From assembly GCA_973895155.1 (NCBI GenBank), contig OZ316892.1, positions 30,200,932-30,264,931 of the forward strand: a stretch of DNA of 64,000 bases, in the 5' to 3' direction. Below the pieces are notes generated by a model. The model saw only the letters and a program-made list of their open reading frames with translations, did not search any database and was not told the origin of the DNA. A program made the translations under genes and the position numbers. The stretch's first letter is position 1. Every line of letters begins with the position of its first letter. Below, one piece after another: positions 48,960 to 60,727 of this stretch. The DNA is from Marsupella aquatica (lineage: Eukaryota > Plantae > Marchantiophyta).

Positions 48960-51900
48960 TTATTCCTGATTAAAGTACCTTTTCAACCTATCATGATGCA
49001 CTCTAGTAGGGAACACCTCTCCTTCAAGAGTAGCAAGCTGAATTGACCCATTAGCATAAACCTGGTGAACAACATAAGGACCCAACCACCGAGTATGCAA
49101 CTTGCCTGGAAAATGAGCATACCTACTGTCATAGAGTAATACCAGTTGTCCAGCAAGTAAAGAAGTTGGCTTCTTCAACTTCTTGTCATGATGTTGCTTC
49201 ACTTGAGCTTGCTTCTTCTTCACTTGCTTGCTTGCCTCTTCCCGGATTTCCTCCAACTCCTCCAGCTGGTAAGCTCTCTCCATTAAACTCTGGTCAGCCT
49301 CCATTCTCTCCTCCACACTTACCCTCAAAGTAGGCACTTCAAACTCAACAGGTACAAGGGAGTGTTGTCCAAATACTAGGTAGAAAGGACTATGGCCGGT
49401 TGTGGTCTTGAAAGCAAGGTTGTAGGAGTACACAGCTGAGTATAATTTGTCATCCCAATCAGTCTTGTGTGCCGCCACGGTTTTGTTCAAGATCTTGCCA
49501 ATGATGCCATTAGCTCTCTCCGTTAATCCATTGGCCTTGGGGTGATAGGGGGTGGTCTTCCTATGCTTAATCAAGTAATGGTTAGTGAGCTCCTCCACAA
49601 CTTCATTCAAGAAGTGAGTCCCCCTATCACTAACCAGCTCTAGAGGTGGCCCAAATCTGGTAAAAATCTGTTGATACATGAACCTTGCTACTGTGAGAGC
49701 ATTATCCTTGCTGGTTGGTCTTGCCTCTACCCACTTAGTAGCATAATCAGTTGCAAGAAGGATGTATCGATTCCTTCTAGACCTGGTCACAGGAGTGATG
49801 GGACCTATGAAATCTATACCCCACTTCTCAAAAGGTGCAAGAGGTAAGATGGTGGTAAGAGGGTGATGCCTTGAGTGAGCTGGCTTACCTGTCCTTTGGC
49901 AAGGGTCACATCCCCTCACAAAAAGACTTACATCCTTATGAAGTGTTGGCCACCAATACCCTGCATCAAGAATTTTCCTTGCTGTTGTTGCACTTGCATA
50001 ATGGCCACCAGCCTCCTCCTCATGCATAGCTCTCATCACAATGGAGATTTCCTTCTTCTCCAAACACCTCCTTAGTCTCCCATCAACTCCTTCCTTGTGA
50101 AGGACACCCTTCACCAATAAGTAAGGTCTGATTTTTCTCAGGAAAACAGCAGCCTCCTCTTGGTTCAAATCTCTTGGTAGCCGGGTTGTGAGAAGAAATT
50201 GGATGATATCCAAATACCATGTATCTCCTCCACTTCCCACATGAAAGAGGTCTTCATCTGGAAACTGATCATCCACCTCCTTCAAGTCCTCTTCTCCTTC
50301 AATCCTTGAGAAGAAGTCTGCATTCCCATGCTTCTTACCAGGCCTGACCCTCACCTCATAATCAAACTCTTGGAGCAACAAGATCCACCTTGCCACTCTA
50401 CCAGTTACATCAGGTTTATTCACCATATACTTGAGAGCATTGTGATCAGTATGAAAGACCACCTTATAGCCCAACAAGTAGTGCCTAAACTTCTTACAAG
50501 AGTAGATGATTCCTAGAGCTTCTCTATCGGTTGGTGAGTAATTCTTTTCAGCTGGTGCCAATAGTCTACTTGCAAAGTAGATAGGGTGATCCCTATTCTG
50601 GTCATCAAGTTGACTAAGCACCACACCAATACAAAAGCCAGACACATCCACATACACATGAAATTCTCTACTCCAATCTGGTGCTATCAAGATAGGGGCT
50701 TCAACCAACCTGTTCTTCAACTCCTGAAAACTTGCTAGCCTCTCAACTGAGGGTTCAACCTCAGCCCCCTTCTTAAGCATGCTGGTTAGGGGTAAAGCTA
50801 CTTTAGCAAAGTCCTTAATGAACCTTCTATAGTAGTTTAAACATCCCAAGAATCCCCTCAACTCTGTCACTGAAGTTGGAAACTTGACAGCCATCCAAAC
50901 AGCAACCTTCTCTTGGTCCACTTCTATGCCCTTCTTGGATACCTTGTGGCCAAGTAGTATCCCTTCTTCCACACCAAAGAAGCACTTCCCTGGGTGAAGC
51001 TTCAAACCAACTTCCCTACATCTTTGGAAGGTCATCCTCAAATGTTCAACATGGTCCTTCCCCCTTCCAAAAACAGCAAAGTCATCTATGAATACTTCCA
51101 AGAACTTTCTCAAGTAGTCATGAAAGATATTCATCATCAACCTTTGGAACATACCAGGGGCATTACAAAGACCAAAAGGCATCCTCCGAAAGGCATAAAT
51201 CCCCCACTCAGTAGTAAAGGCTGTCTTCAACTGGTCCTCCTTCCTTATCCAAATCTGGTTGTAACCTGAGTACCCATCTAGGAAGCTATACACTTCCCAA
51301 CCAGCTACTAAATCAAGTACCATATCAGTAAATGGAATGGGATAGTGGTCCTTCTTAGTGGCCTCATTGAGTTTCCTAAAGTCTTGGCAAACTCGGATCT
51401 TAGGCTTACCATCCAAGCCTGGTTTCTTTGGTACTATGACAATTGGAGAAACCCACTCACTATTCAACACAGGATAGATGAAACCTGCTTCCAGCAATTT
51501 GTCTATCTCTTCCTTCACCATCAAGGAGTACTTGGGATTCATCCGATATTGCCTTTGTCTCACAGGTGAAGCTCCTAGCATCAAGTCGATTCTATGCTCA
51601 CCAAGTTCAGGGTTTACACCAGTAAGATCCAAGTGACTCCAAGCAAACACATCCACATATTCACCTAGCAAATCTTGGATAGTTTTCTCTTCACCTGATC
51701 CCAGGGCATTTCCCAAGTTGAAGGTCTTGTCTTGCTGGACAGAGATGGTTCTGTACTGCTCAGCTCGAATCACCTCCATCTTGTTCCTCATTGTGGAGTC
51801 AAAAGTGCCCTCAAGTTGTGCCAACCTCATGCCTCCATAGACGGGTGCATTTTCAGCACTTAACTCCTCCTTCTCCTTGCTTGAATGCTGGTCTTCCTGA

Positions 51901-54900
51901 GTCTCATCCTCCTCTGAGTTTGCAGCCTTCAATTGGTCCTCTAGCTCCTTTATCTTGAGCTTTAACAAGGCTAAGTGCTTAGCCTTTAACCTCTGGTCAT
52001 TACTCCTTGTCTTGATCTCAACTTGGGCAGCACCCTTGCTGGTCTGATCAACCTCCTGAGCCATTGTGATAGTGTCTTCTTGGTTGCTCTCCTTGGCTGA
52101 GGTCTCAGCCTGCTTCACCTCCTCGAGACTGGTCACTTCACTGAGACTGGGCAGAGGTGAATGGCTGGTAAGAGCCTCCTGCTCTTGCTCCTCTCCAAAC
52201 ACTTCTTCTTCAGTCCATTGGCTCACCATGTTCAACATGTATACCTCATCCTCATCAGATTCAGATTTGGTACTCAACTCATCGGAAAGTTCAGAATCAT
52301 ATTCATCCAACTCATCAGTAGTCTCTCCTTGATGCTTGTCATGACCCCATGAAACTGAAGTGGCTGGTTTGCCAAACCTAAACTCCTTCTTGCCCCAATC
52401 AGACACTACTTTGGCTCCATATAGCCAAGGCCTCCCAATCAAGATTGGGTAAGTAGATGGCCTTGCTGGTCTCATCACCAAGTAATTCAACAAGAACTCC
52501 TGCCCCCCAATGAGAGTAGGTACTTGAGTAAGTGTCCCCACCGGTAGCACTCTTGCTCCATTTGCTAGCCTCATTGTCCTTGCTGTTGGCTGAAGTTTCT
52601 TGAAACCTAGTTGTTGGGCAGTAGCCTCAATCATGATATTCACACCTGAGCCTCCATCAACTGGTACATACGAGAGTACACACCCATTTACTTGAACATC
52701 AATCTCAGGTGCTCCAAGGTCTTCACAAACCATCATCACATCAGCTGGGGTACCAACCTTTGGAAGCTTCCTTCTTCTCCTTCCTACCAACATCTCCTTC
52801 AGTTGCCTCCTATACAAAGGGTTGTCTTTGATCAGCTGCCCCACTGTAGCAGTAACCAAACAATCTTTCACATCCTTCTTGATGTCATAAGAGGGTACCT
52901 TGCTGGTCTCTTTCTTCTCTTCCACCTCAGCTTTTTCCTTCAAAGCTTTAGCAACCTTCAGGTCTTTGTTGATGGCCTCTTGATGCTCCTTAGCCTCCAT
53001 CTCCTCTAGTTGCCTCTTGACTTCCTCATTCACCTTGGGATAGAAGAGCTTCGGATGGTCTCTCTTGTAGTCACTATCTTCAGCTGGTGGGACTTGAACT
53101 TCTGCTCCAACTTCAACTTCGATTGGTGACTCCGTTGAGTGCTCCTTTCTCTCCTTCCTCTTCTTCCTCTCTTCCACTCTTTCCTTCTTTCTTGTGGACC
53201 TGGTAGACACCTTGTAACACACAGCTTCCTCCTCAGGTGTCTCCATTCCTGGTAGATCTGGCTGGTTCTCCCCACCAGCAACTTGTGTCACTCCATCTTT
53301 GGCCTCCTCTTGCCACTCCATACTCAAGAAGTTCACTGTGGCTTCACCGGGAGCCTTGGCAACCGCTGGTGGTGGTGCTTCTATCCTTCCTATCATCATC
53401 TTGGCAGCAGATCCAATAGGACAGTTGGCTGTGGTATGACCCTCCCTTTTGCACACAGCACAAAGAGGATAGGGAGCTCCTTGTCCCTGCCTCCTTGGTT
53501 CGGGGCAACTGTTGGAATAGTGCCCTGGTTTTTGACAGTTCCAGCAGATCACCACGGTAGTTCTTGCCACTCCCCCAGGTCCTTGAGGTCCCATTTGATC
53601 CACCATCCTTGGTTGAAGACCAGGCATCAGTTGAGGTGCCATGGGTGGAGCTGGTCTTCCTTGCAAAGTTCTTGGGCCTCCTGAAATCTGGTACACCATC
53701 TCCGGGGCTTCTTCATAGAAGTAGTCCACCACTTCACTTGCTTGATAAACATCGTTGGACTCTTCATTGACATACTGAACTTGATTCCTCCAACCTTGAC
53801 ACTCTTGAGGTGTATGGCCAAAACTCTTGCACTTGACACACCATACATGGGCTCTATTCACCGGCACTTTTCTCCTATCAGGTTGCACACCAGCAAAGTG
53901 AACTGATAGGGCCTTGAGTTGGTTGGTGATCTCACTCATCTTGTTATCCATCACCTTCTTCTCCTTGGTTGCTGGTGTAGAACCTTCCACCAAGTTGAAG
54001 GTTGCAGATTTGTGGTGCTTACCACCTGGCTTCTTCTTGCTGGCTCTCCTCTTCTGGTCGCTTTTTCTCTTTGCCTTCTTCTTCTTCTTCTTCTTCTTCT
54101 TCTCGGAGTCCTCCTCAGAATCAGATTCTGAATCAGAACTGGAACTACTCTCCTCAGATTCCGACTCAGAAGTATCCTCAACTGAACTACTTGATTCACT
54201 TGAGCTAGAAGAAGAATCACTATAAGCAAATCGCTTCTTCTTTCTCCTACTCTTGGAACTAGAGATCTCAGCACTCCTATAAGACTGAGCCGCCTCAATG
54301 GCCTCATCCAACGTATTAGGGTGAGATTGCCTTACTGAGACACCCATCTTCTTGGGTAGGCTTGCCACAAACCAAGCCAACAACATGGAGTCTACTGGTC
54401 TGGGGTCAAGCTTGGTAGCTAACCTTTGAAACCTTTGCAGAAACCTCCTTACTGACTCCTTGGATCCCATTCTGATCTCTCCCATCTTGATCAGAGCTTC
54501 CGATTCTTCTCCCACCTTCCTAAACTCCTGCAAGAATGCTAGCTTGAAGGCATCCCAATCATTCTTGATGGCATTTGATAGGCTATTGAACCAAGGTCTT
54601 GCTTCTCCTCTCAAGACCCCCGCCAAAGTGGTCAACTTAATATCAAACTCTCCATTGGCTTGGGCTGTCCCAATGAAGTCCTCCAACCAAGCATCAGGAT
54701 CCTCCTTGGGCTTGCCATGGAATGTCTTGTACTGAAATCTTGCTCTTTGAGTCACCACCATGGCTGCTTCTTGATCTTCACTTGTGTTGGTAGTGGAAGA
54801 AGATGTATCACTCCACCCTACACCAGGTTCCGCTTCAGCTTGCAAATGAATGTCCACCCAATCTGGTTGCTCCAACTGGTCACCAAAGTTGAAACTAAGA

Positions 54901-54938
54901 GAGGCTTCTTTTAGTGCTTGACTCCTTGTAGTGGGCAT
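48960..54938 (-). CDS. Gag-Pol polyprotein (gag, three CCHC knuckles, protease, RT, RNase H, integrase)
   Basis: Single open frame, first ATG at 54938; CX2CX4HX4C x3, VDGGS, FLDGYSGYNQI, FIDDF, DVSGF, GHY...CDPC, SDRGTHF, GPY. Confidence 0.95.
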   Translation of the reverse strand: MPTTRSQALKEASLSFNFGDQLEQPDWVDIHLQAEAEPGVGWSDTSSSTTNTSEDQEAAMVVTQRARFQYKTFHGKPKEDPDAWLEDFIGTAQANGEFDIKLTTLAGVLRGEARPWFNSLSNAIKNDWDAFKLAFLQEFRKVGEESEALIKMGEIRMGSKESVRRFLQRFQRLATKLDPRPVDSMLLAWFVASLPKKMGVSVRQSHPNTLDEAIEAAQSYRSAEISSSKSRRKKKRFAYSDSSSSSSESSSSVEDTSESESEESSSSSDSESDSEEDSEKKKKKKKKKAKRKSDQKRRASKKKPGGKHHKSATFNLVEGSTPATKEKKVMDNKMSEITNQLKALSVHFAGVQPDRRKVPVNRAHVWCVKCKSFGHTPQECQGWRNQVQYVNEESNDVYQASEVVDYFYEEAPEMVYQISGGPRTLQGRPAPPMAPQLMPGLQPRMVDQMGPQGPGGVARTTVVICWNCQKPGHYSNSCPEPRRQGQGAPYPLCAVCKREGHTTANCPIGSAAKMMIGRIEAPPPAVAKAPGEATVNFLSMEWQEEAKDGVTQVAGGENQPDLPGMETPEEEAVCYKVSTRSTRKKERVEERKKRKERKEHSTESPIEVEVGAEVQVPPAEDSDYKRDHPKLFYPKVNEEVKRQLEEMEAKEHQEAINKDLKVAKALKEKAEVEEKKETSKVPSYDIKKDVKDCLVTATVGQLIKDNPLYRRQLKEMLVGRRRRKLPKVGTPADVMMVCEDLGAPEIDVQVNGCVLSYVPVDGGSGVNIMIEATAQQLGFKKLQPTARTMRLANGARVLPVGTLTQVPTLIGGQEFLLNYLVMRPARPSTYPILIGRPWLYGAKVVSDWGKKEFRFGKPATSVSWGHDKHQGETTDELDEYDSELSDELSTKSESDEDEVYMLNMVSQWTEEEVFGEEQEQEALTSHSPLPSLSEVTSLEEVKQAETSAKESNQEDTITMAQEVDQTSKGAAQVEIKTRSNDQRLKAKHLALLKLKIKELEDQLKAANSEEDETQEDQHSSKEKEELSAENAPVYGGMRLAQLEGTFDSTMRNKMEVIRAEQYRTISVQQDKTFNLGNALGSGEEKTIQDLLGEYVDVFAWSHLDLTGVNPELGEHRIDLMLGASPVRQRQYRMNPKYSLMVKEEIDKLLEAGFIYPVLNSEWVSPIVIVPKKPGLDGKPKIRVCQDFRKLNEATKKDHYPIPFTDMVLDLVAGWEVYSFLDGYSGYNQIWIRKEDQLKTAFTTEWGIYAFRRMPFGLCNAPGMFQRLMMNIFHDYLRKFLEVFIDDFAVFGRGKDHVEHLRMTFQRCREVGLKLHPGKCFFGVEEGILLGHKVSKKGIEVDQEKVAVWMAVKFPTSVTELRGFLGCLNYYRRFIKDFAKVALPLTSMLKKGAEVEPSVERLASFQELKNRLVEAPILIAPDWSREFHVYVDVSGFCIGVVLSQLDDQNRDHPIYFASRLLAPAEKNYSPTDREALGIIYSCKKFRHYLLGYKVVFHTDHNALKYMVNKPDVTGRVARWILLLQEFDYEVRVRPGKKHGNADFFSRIEGEEDLKEVDDQFPDEDLFHVGSGGDTWYLDIIQFLLTTRLPRDLNQEEAAVFLRKIRPYLLVKGVLHKEGVDGRLRRCLEKKEISIVMRAMHEEEAGGHYASATTARKILDAGYWWPTLHKDVSLFVRGCDPCQRTGKPAHSRHHPLTTILPLAPFEKWGIDFIGPITPVTRSRRNRYILLATDYATKWVEARPTSKDNALTVARFMYQQIFTRFGPPLELVSDRGTHFLNEVVEELTNHYLIKHRKTTPYHPKANGLTERANGIIGKILNKTVAAHKTDWDDKLYSAVYSYNLAFKTTTGHSPFYLVFGQHSLVPVEFEVPTLRVSVEERMEADQSLMERAYQLEELEEIREEASKQVKKKQAQVKQHHDKKLKKPTSLLAGQLVLLYDSRYAHFPGKLHTRWLGPYVVHQVYANGSIQLATLEGEVFPTRVHHDRLKRYFNQE

Positions 54939-55044
54939 GCCACTCACAATCACCTTCTTATCTCCCTTCTTCTCTTGAACAGCAAACCTGCAAACACACC
55001 TCCAAGTCTTGTGGCTCCACTCCAACAAAAACTGTAAAGAGTTG

Positions 55045-55062
55045 TCCCCGGCAGCGGCGCCA
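55045..55062 (-). other. Primer binding site complementary to the tRNA-Asp 3' end
   Basis: TGGCGCCGCTGCCGGGGA on the minus strand, 20 nt inside the 5' LTR; one mismatch to the Athila-type TGGCGCCGTTGCCGGGGA. Confidence 0.8.
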
Positions 55063-55082
55063 AAAACAAGGGTGGGACTCTA

Positions 55083-58000
55083 TGTCAAACACTTGCCAAG
55101 GAGCTTAAGCGGCTTTTCTCCCCAAAAGACTACCTAATACCTGCTCCATGTCATACCAGGGTCACAAAGGATTGACAAAACTTCTGAAGTGTGCTTACAA
55201 TGTCCAATCACTCCATACATAAGTAGTTTCAACTCTCCACTTCTAGAGAGGTAGTCCCCTTGACTACTTTTGTACTCACCCCTTCCCCTCTCCTCTACTC
55301 CAAGGATCAGCAAGGGGGATCTCCGCTCCAAGCTGTCACCTTAGAGTAGATTCTCACACAAACACCCAAGAACCCAAAGTACTTTCCTCTTCAAGCTTAA
55401 GTCTCCTCAAGACCCTCAAAGTAGTGTTACCCCTCAACCTTGCCCCCCTGGCCTTGGTTTGGGTCCACACATCCCCTTTGAGCCCTAGAGAAGGCTCCTC
55501 TATCTAAGGACTCTTCCTCTTGTTCTTACTTCTTGTTAACACCACACACCAAGCAAAGTACTTTCCACCCTCAAGCTATAATCCTCTCTAAGTCTCAAAG
55601 TAATGCTATACCTTAACCTTGCCTCCTTGGCCTTGGTTTTGTACTAGCACATCCCCTTCAAGCTTAGACCAAGATTATACCATAGCATGGACTCTTCTCT
55701 TGCTCTCATATACTTCAAATGCACTCACACTTAATGGTCACAATGAAGATTGGTAAGTCTCCTTTTATTGCATCACCTTTACAACAAAAGTTCACTACAC
55801 ATTCTCCACACTAAGCATGGACCACCTCTCCTTTCTCAAGCTTAGCCCTACCTTGGCAAGGTAGAGATTTCACTTAAGAGATGAGACTCCCGGTCCCTAA
55901 CAAATGAAAACTTCCTCCTTATATACTATCTCCTTCCACATCACACCAAGCTTGACCTGGGGTCCAACTATACCTCCCCCAAGTCCTCCTAACACACAAA
56001 GTCCAACTCTATAGTTCATAGCCCACCCTACTACTTGCTATTTTGCCTCCTTCCAAGCCCTGGAATATGCCACACATGAGTGGTATGCTTTGACTTCCAA
56101 ACCTACTCCCACTTATGGTCCTCCTCACCAGCTTACCAACCCACTTGAAAGCTCGCAAAAAGAGTGAGTGAGTCTCAAGTTGTGCCTAGTCAAAGTTGGC
56201 CTTATTTTACTTGTAACCCCTTTACTACCCTAAGTAAACTACCCCCTATATTTACTTTTCTTAACTTGATGGCCTTACACCTTTGGCCAAAGGTAAGTAC
56301 CCTTCTCTAGAGCCTAACTCAAGTGGTATGGGTGCAAGAAAGGTCAGCCCCTAAATCTGGTATTCATTCCCCTATGCCGACTTTGGTTTGCAAGTTGTCG
56401 GGACTCCCTCGTGGCCTCGGTTAAAAATATATTTGAGTGATTACTTTTCTGGGGTTCCACCTTCACCAGGGGTTGCCTTATCTTCCCCTAACTCAGCACA
56501 AAAAAATTTGGGCCCCAACGGATACCTCTAGCCAAAGTTATGCCCATTCTCCCAAGGCCTGTTTTTGGTGTAAAGCGGGTGTAAGCGGCGGCCCGATTAC
56601 ACTTACCTTACATGCCCCTTATGGGGATTCCACGTGTCATGAGGGGAGAGCACTCTCATTATACTCATGTTTCTTATGAAGAATTTGTAAGGACAGCAAT
56701 GTTTGCAGCCATTTCTCTCTCGTGAATTCAATCTAAAACCACAGCATTCTCTATTGGATTCTTTCTTGTGCAGCAGTCCAGCTGATCAGCCGCCAGCCCC
56801 TCAATTTCACAGCCACCATAGCTCACAGCCAGCCTAGTCAATTTCGCAGCTAGCCCACCTCTTCAATTTTGCCGCTAGCAACACAGTCAATTTCGCAGCT
56901 AGCAGCACAGTCACATCAGCGCATTTACAGCACAACAACAGCAGATTTGAAGCACAGCAGCAGCAACCATAGCTTGATTCCTTCTCAGTCAAGCAGGTCT
57001 CTCTTCTCAATTTCGTAGCTGCCCACCTTTGCAATTTCGCAGCTAGCAGCAGCATCATTCAATTCAGCAGCATCAAGGCAGCAGCCAGCCAATTCTCATG
57101 AGCATCTCGTGCCTGATTAGTAGGAGCACCTCTAATCTAGTGTGCAGCTGTCATAGCAGCAAGCAGCCTTCCCAATTCAAAGCCAGCAGCGATCCTAATT
57201 TGCAGCCATAGCTCTTTTCCTTCTCAGCAGCCATAGCTTCTTCAATCAGCAACAGCCCTTGCTTCTTCAATCAGCAGCAGCCATTTCAATTCAGCCGCCC
57301 TTCCTTCAATTCAGCCGCCCTTGTGCTCAATTGATTCCTCAAGTAATCATGCAGCACCTTTGGACAGCCTCCCGGTGCTTGACGTCCTCACCAGCCTCGT
57401 GCTTGCTCCTCCTTGCCTCGTGCTCGCTCCTCCTTGCCTCGTGCTCGCCGCGTGATCGTCGCCCACGCGGTTTACACTTAGAAAAAAATACATTTTTTTT
57501 TTGGAAAAACAGCATTTTGGGGCGATTTTGGACCCCCCTCCAAAACTCACACATAAGTCCAAAAGGACTTCTGAGTAGCTCCACTGATTCTATGGACATA
57601 GGACTATGTCCGGGTTTACTAAGATATAAACAAAACCCTATAACAACTTTTCTAAAATTAGGCAAAGAGGGTCAAGTCTTTATGTCTTCCAAAATTCTTC
57701 TCAACTTTGAGATGCTCCCAAAAAGTAACCAAGTGTGACAAAGTTGTCCCACAAGTTTCTAGGGATAGAGGGGACCATACTTAACCCACTTCCAAACTTG
57801 GAACCCCTACATTTACCCATCAGCTATTTTTCCCGGGACCCGCTATTTGGTAACTTTGATTTTTGCCAAAATACTTATAACTCCTAGGTTAAGACCCCAC
57901 TTGACTTCATACTTTTTCAGGGTTCCCTAGGGACCTCCCAGCACCCATGGGAGAAATATCAGCCAAAAATAAGATGTCCGGTGTCGGGTCATTTTTCGGT

Positions 58001-58246
58001 CCCGACTTAGTCGCCTATTATAACTAAGGACGGACTAGTTTCCTGCCCCTCCTATAGTAACTTGCTTACCCCTAGATAACTTTGCATAACTAAATTCCCT
58101 CTTACCTCTACTAAGCTTCCCTTCTTACTTAAGTGCCCTAAACCTAGCTACTCTGATAGCACTAAAACTTTTTCCCTAACTATTTCCTCTTCTAAACGAA
58201 AGAATGTCATGTTTCTCTACACTAGCTGACACTGAGCCATCCCACA
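55083..58246 (-). repeat. 5' LTR (3164 bp)
   Basis: By eye differs from the 3' LTR only by a 1-bp indel (~56756) and one G/A substitution (~57951). Confidence 0.95.
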
Positions 58247-59054
58247 CCTGCATGTTTGTTTACTTATATTCATTCATGTACGGGCGGCCCACAATGCAAG
58301 GCATGCGGGGCAATTTTCAGTAATGGCTGGTTACAAACTTGGGGTTTAGATGATGAGCAAGGCTACAAAGAGGGCACTCATATAGCCCTGGAGCATCACC
58401 CAATGGCCATGGAAGTGGAGGACCTATATGGGAAGAACTGTAGGCGATTGGCCCAGAGGCGACACTTGGTGAACAATATGGTCTCAATTGAAGGAAAGGT
58501 ATCCACACTGGTCTGCACTTTAATTGCTAGTTGGCTTTCAATTGATGAATTTGCAATCTTTGGAGATTGATGGGTTATGAATGGATGTTGAGCACTGTTC
58601 ACTGTGTACTGCTTCTTATGGAACATGGTCTGCTATTGTGGAGCAGGATCTGCAAGAGATTGTTGAGCGGTGCTTGGCTTCTAGAATACCTTCTTCCACG
58701 GTTGAGGATGTAGCTACTGAGGGTTGCGGTGGTGAAGACAGATCATCCAAGATGGTCATGTTGTCACCAAAGGTTGAGGATGAGGATTCAGGGAAGAAAC
58801 GGAAGTGTGATGTAGATTCTAGCAGGAAGGTGAAATTAATACCGTTGTTGAGTGCTAAGCCTGGTCAAGATGTGCTAACGCCTAGTGCCACTCTCCCATT
58901 TTCCCCAGAGGCAGATGTCACCTTTAAGACATACTCTTCACTGAAGACTCCAAGCCCTTCTCGACCAACAATACCTCCACCAAATTGCGATGGTGTAGAT
59001 GCTAGGCCAAAGAAGAAGCTTTACAATATGCGTATGCCTCAGATAACGTTTTAA
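58247..59054 (+). pseudogene. Truncated gene fragment, possibly the C-terminal half of a RING finger plus a low-complexity tail
   Basis: PACLFTYIHSCTGGPQCKACG starts exactly at the LTR junction; ORFs 58256-58570 and 58581-59054. Confidence 0.35.
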
Positions 59055-59513
59055 GTGGTAGCTTATGTGGATGTTGAAGATCTAGTCTGCATTTTGCAAT
59101 CCGCATACCGTGATTTTAATGCCTTTTGTGGTTAAAACTTCCTCCATGCTCTTTGTGCAGCTTCGAAAGACCAGCCGCAAATCATATTTTTGAGCAATTC
59201 TCAGTTTCTCACTGGTAAGTCTTCACTAAACCCTCTTTTGGCAAATGTCATCTGCAAATGATCAATCCTGCCTTTTGCAATCTCTACTTGGTAATAGCAT
59301 GCTCACTCTCTAATCCGAGTAATCTTAGATGAGGGTCTGGTCCTTTTTGAAAGGAGTCTCCACCTGAAAAAGATGCAAGCCTTGCTTCAAAACATATTCA
59401 ATCATTGTAAACAAAGATGCAGTAGAGTTCAAATCGCTTACTGATGAACATGAAAGCTCGGACTGTACCCTATTGTAAGCCCTATTTGAATGTCAAATGT
59501 TCATAATGATAAA

Positions 59514-60727
59514 TTAACAAAATCTAACCTGGGTATCCTCCAGCCAATGCACCTGGTGCTCCTCGTAAACATTTCTACTCAATCTTAGTCTAGCCTTGTC
59601 CTTGGCGCAAGGAGAGATTCGAGTATTTGATTCCCAAAACTTTTCCACAATTGTTCGGACTTCAGCTGAAATTTTGTCGCTTCTCACTTTCCTTTCCCCC
59701 ATTGGAAACCTGATCGAACAATCGGAATCTATGGTCTTCCTCCTTCTTGAAGCTTTATATATGATTTGCCATTTGATACCCAAAGCCCCAGCCACCAAAG
59801 TCTGATACCTATTCACTACTGTCGCCTGGTCTGCCAATGCAACTGTCAAGATCTGCTTTGCACCTAGATGGTCTTTCCGCTTTGCAGTCTTCACTTTTTG
59901 CAAGCAATTCTTTAGGTCAGCAACTGCAGCAAGTATTGCTACATCTCTCCGACGAGTGCCAAAAACTGCAGGGAGGTACTTCATCAAGGAAGGATGGAGC
60001 ATAAACTTAGTGAAAAATAGTTCCTTGCAGACAAATTAAATTTGTCCAATCTACTCAAGATGGATGTCACCGCCATAGACACCTGAGACTGAACACTTCG
60101 TCTTCCCCTATTGGAATTCAATTTGTCTTCTCAATCACCAGCAGACTCACATTGCCGGGCGTCTGTGCGTGTATTACCCTTCTTCTCCCAGTATGCTGCT
60201 CGCTTCCTTTGAGCATCTCGTGCTCTAAATTCTGTTGAAGCAGAGGATTGACAGTTTGCTTGCCTCGAAGCTGAACTCTCCCGCTGCAGCTCTGAAGATT
60301 GGCCATGCATGCTCTCACGAAGAAGTTGCCCATGATGTATGGACCAAAGACGTGCTTCTTGACGCCCTATGCGATTGCGGAGAATGTGTCTTCTTTGTAT
60401 CAAATTGTCACATTGTAAATGTGCAGACTCTAGGATGTTAGTAGCTTGTGTACTTGCATTCACTATGATGTCGGTAGCCTCTTGGGAAGCCTCCGCATGA
60501 ATTCTACTCGCTTCATTCTCCGCAGATGAAATCATTTGCTGGCATTTGTTTCGCGCATCTTCCAACAATCCCTGTCCAGCCACATCATTACTATTACCAC
60601 CATGTGCAATCGATTGTCCATGGGTGTTCCGTTGCTGCCTATTACAATAGGACTTGCGTCTGCTAAGGTTTCGCCTTTCTGATCTCTCTCTTGCTAGGGC
60701 ATCATGGACTTCAGGAAGAGTAGCCAT
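59514..60727 (-). pseudogene. N-terminal part of a DNA-transposase-like gene (coiled coil, HTH-like region, RK.RSD...FW...R.SP..KD motif)
   Basis: RKVRSDKISAEVRTIVEKFWESNTRISPCAKDKARLRLSRNVYEEHQVHWLEDTQ then a GT donor; stop and frameshift between the two ORFs; oriented away from the TIR at 61542. Confidence 0.5.

Larger units (their letters stand above)
45757..58246 (-). mobile_element. Full-length, young non-chromovirus Ty3/Gypsy LTR retrotransposon (Athila/Phygy-like)
   Basis: Two ~3.16-kb near-identical LTRs, tRNA-Asp PBS, PPT, intact gag-pol; no chromodomain. Confidence 0.95.

Noticed and set aside
47111-57738. Duplicated small ORFs (47111/56437, 47932/57259 and others) as gene duplicates
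   Set aside because: They are the two LTR copies; no protein motifs.
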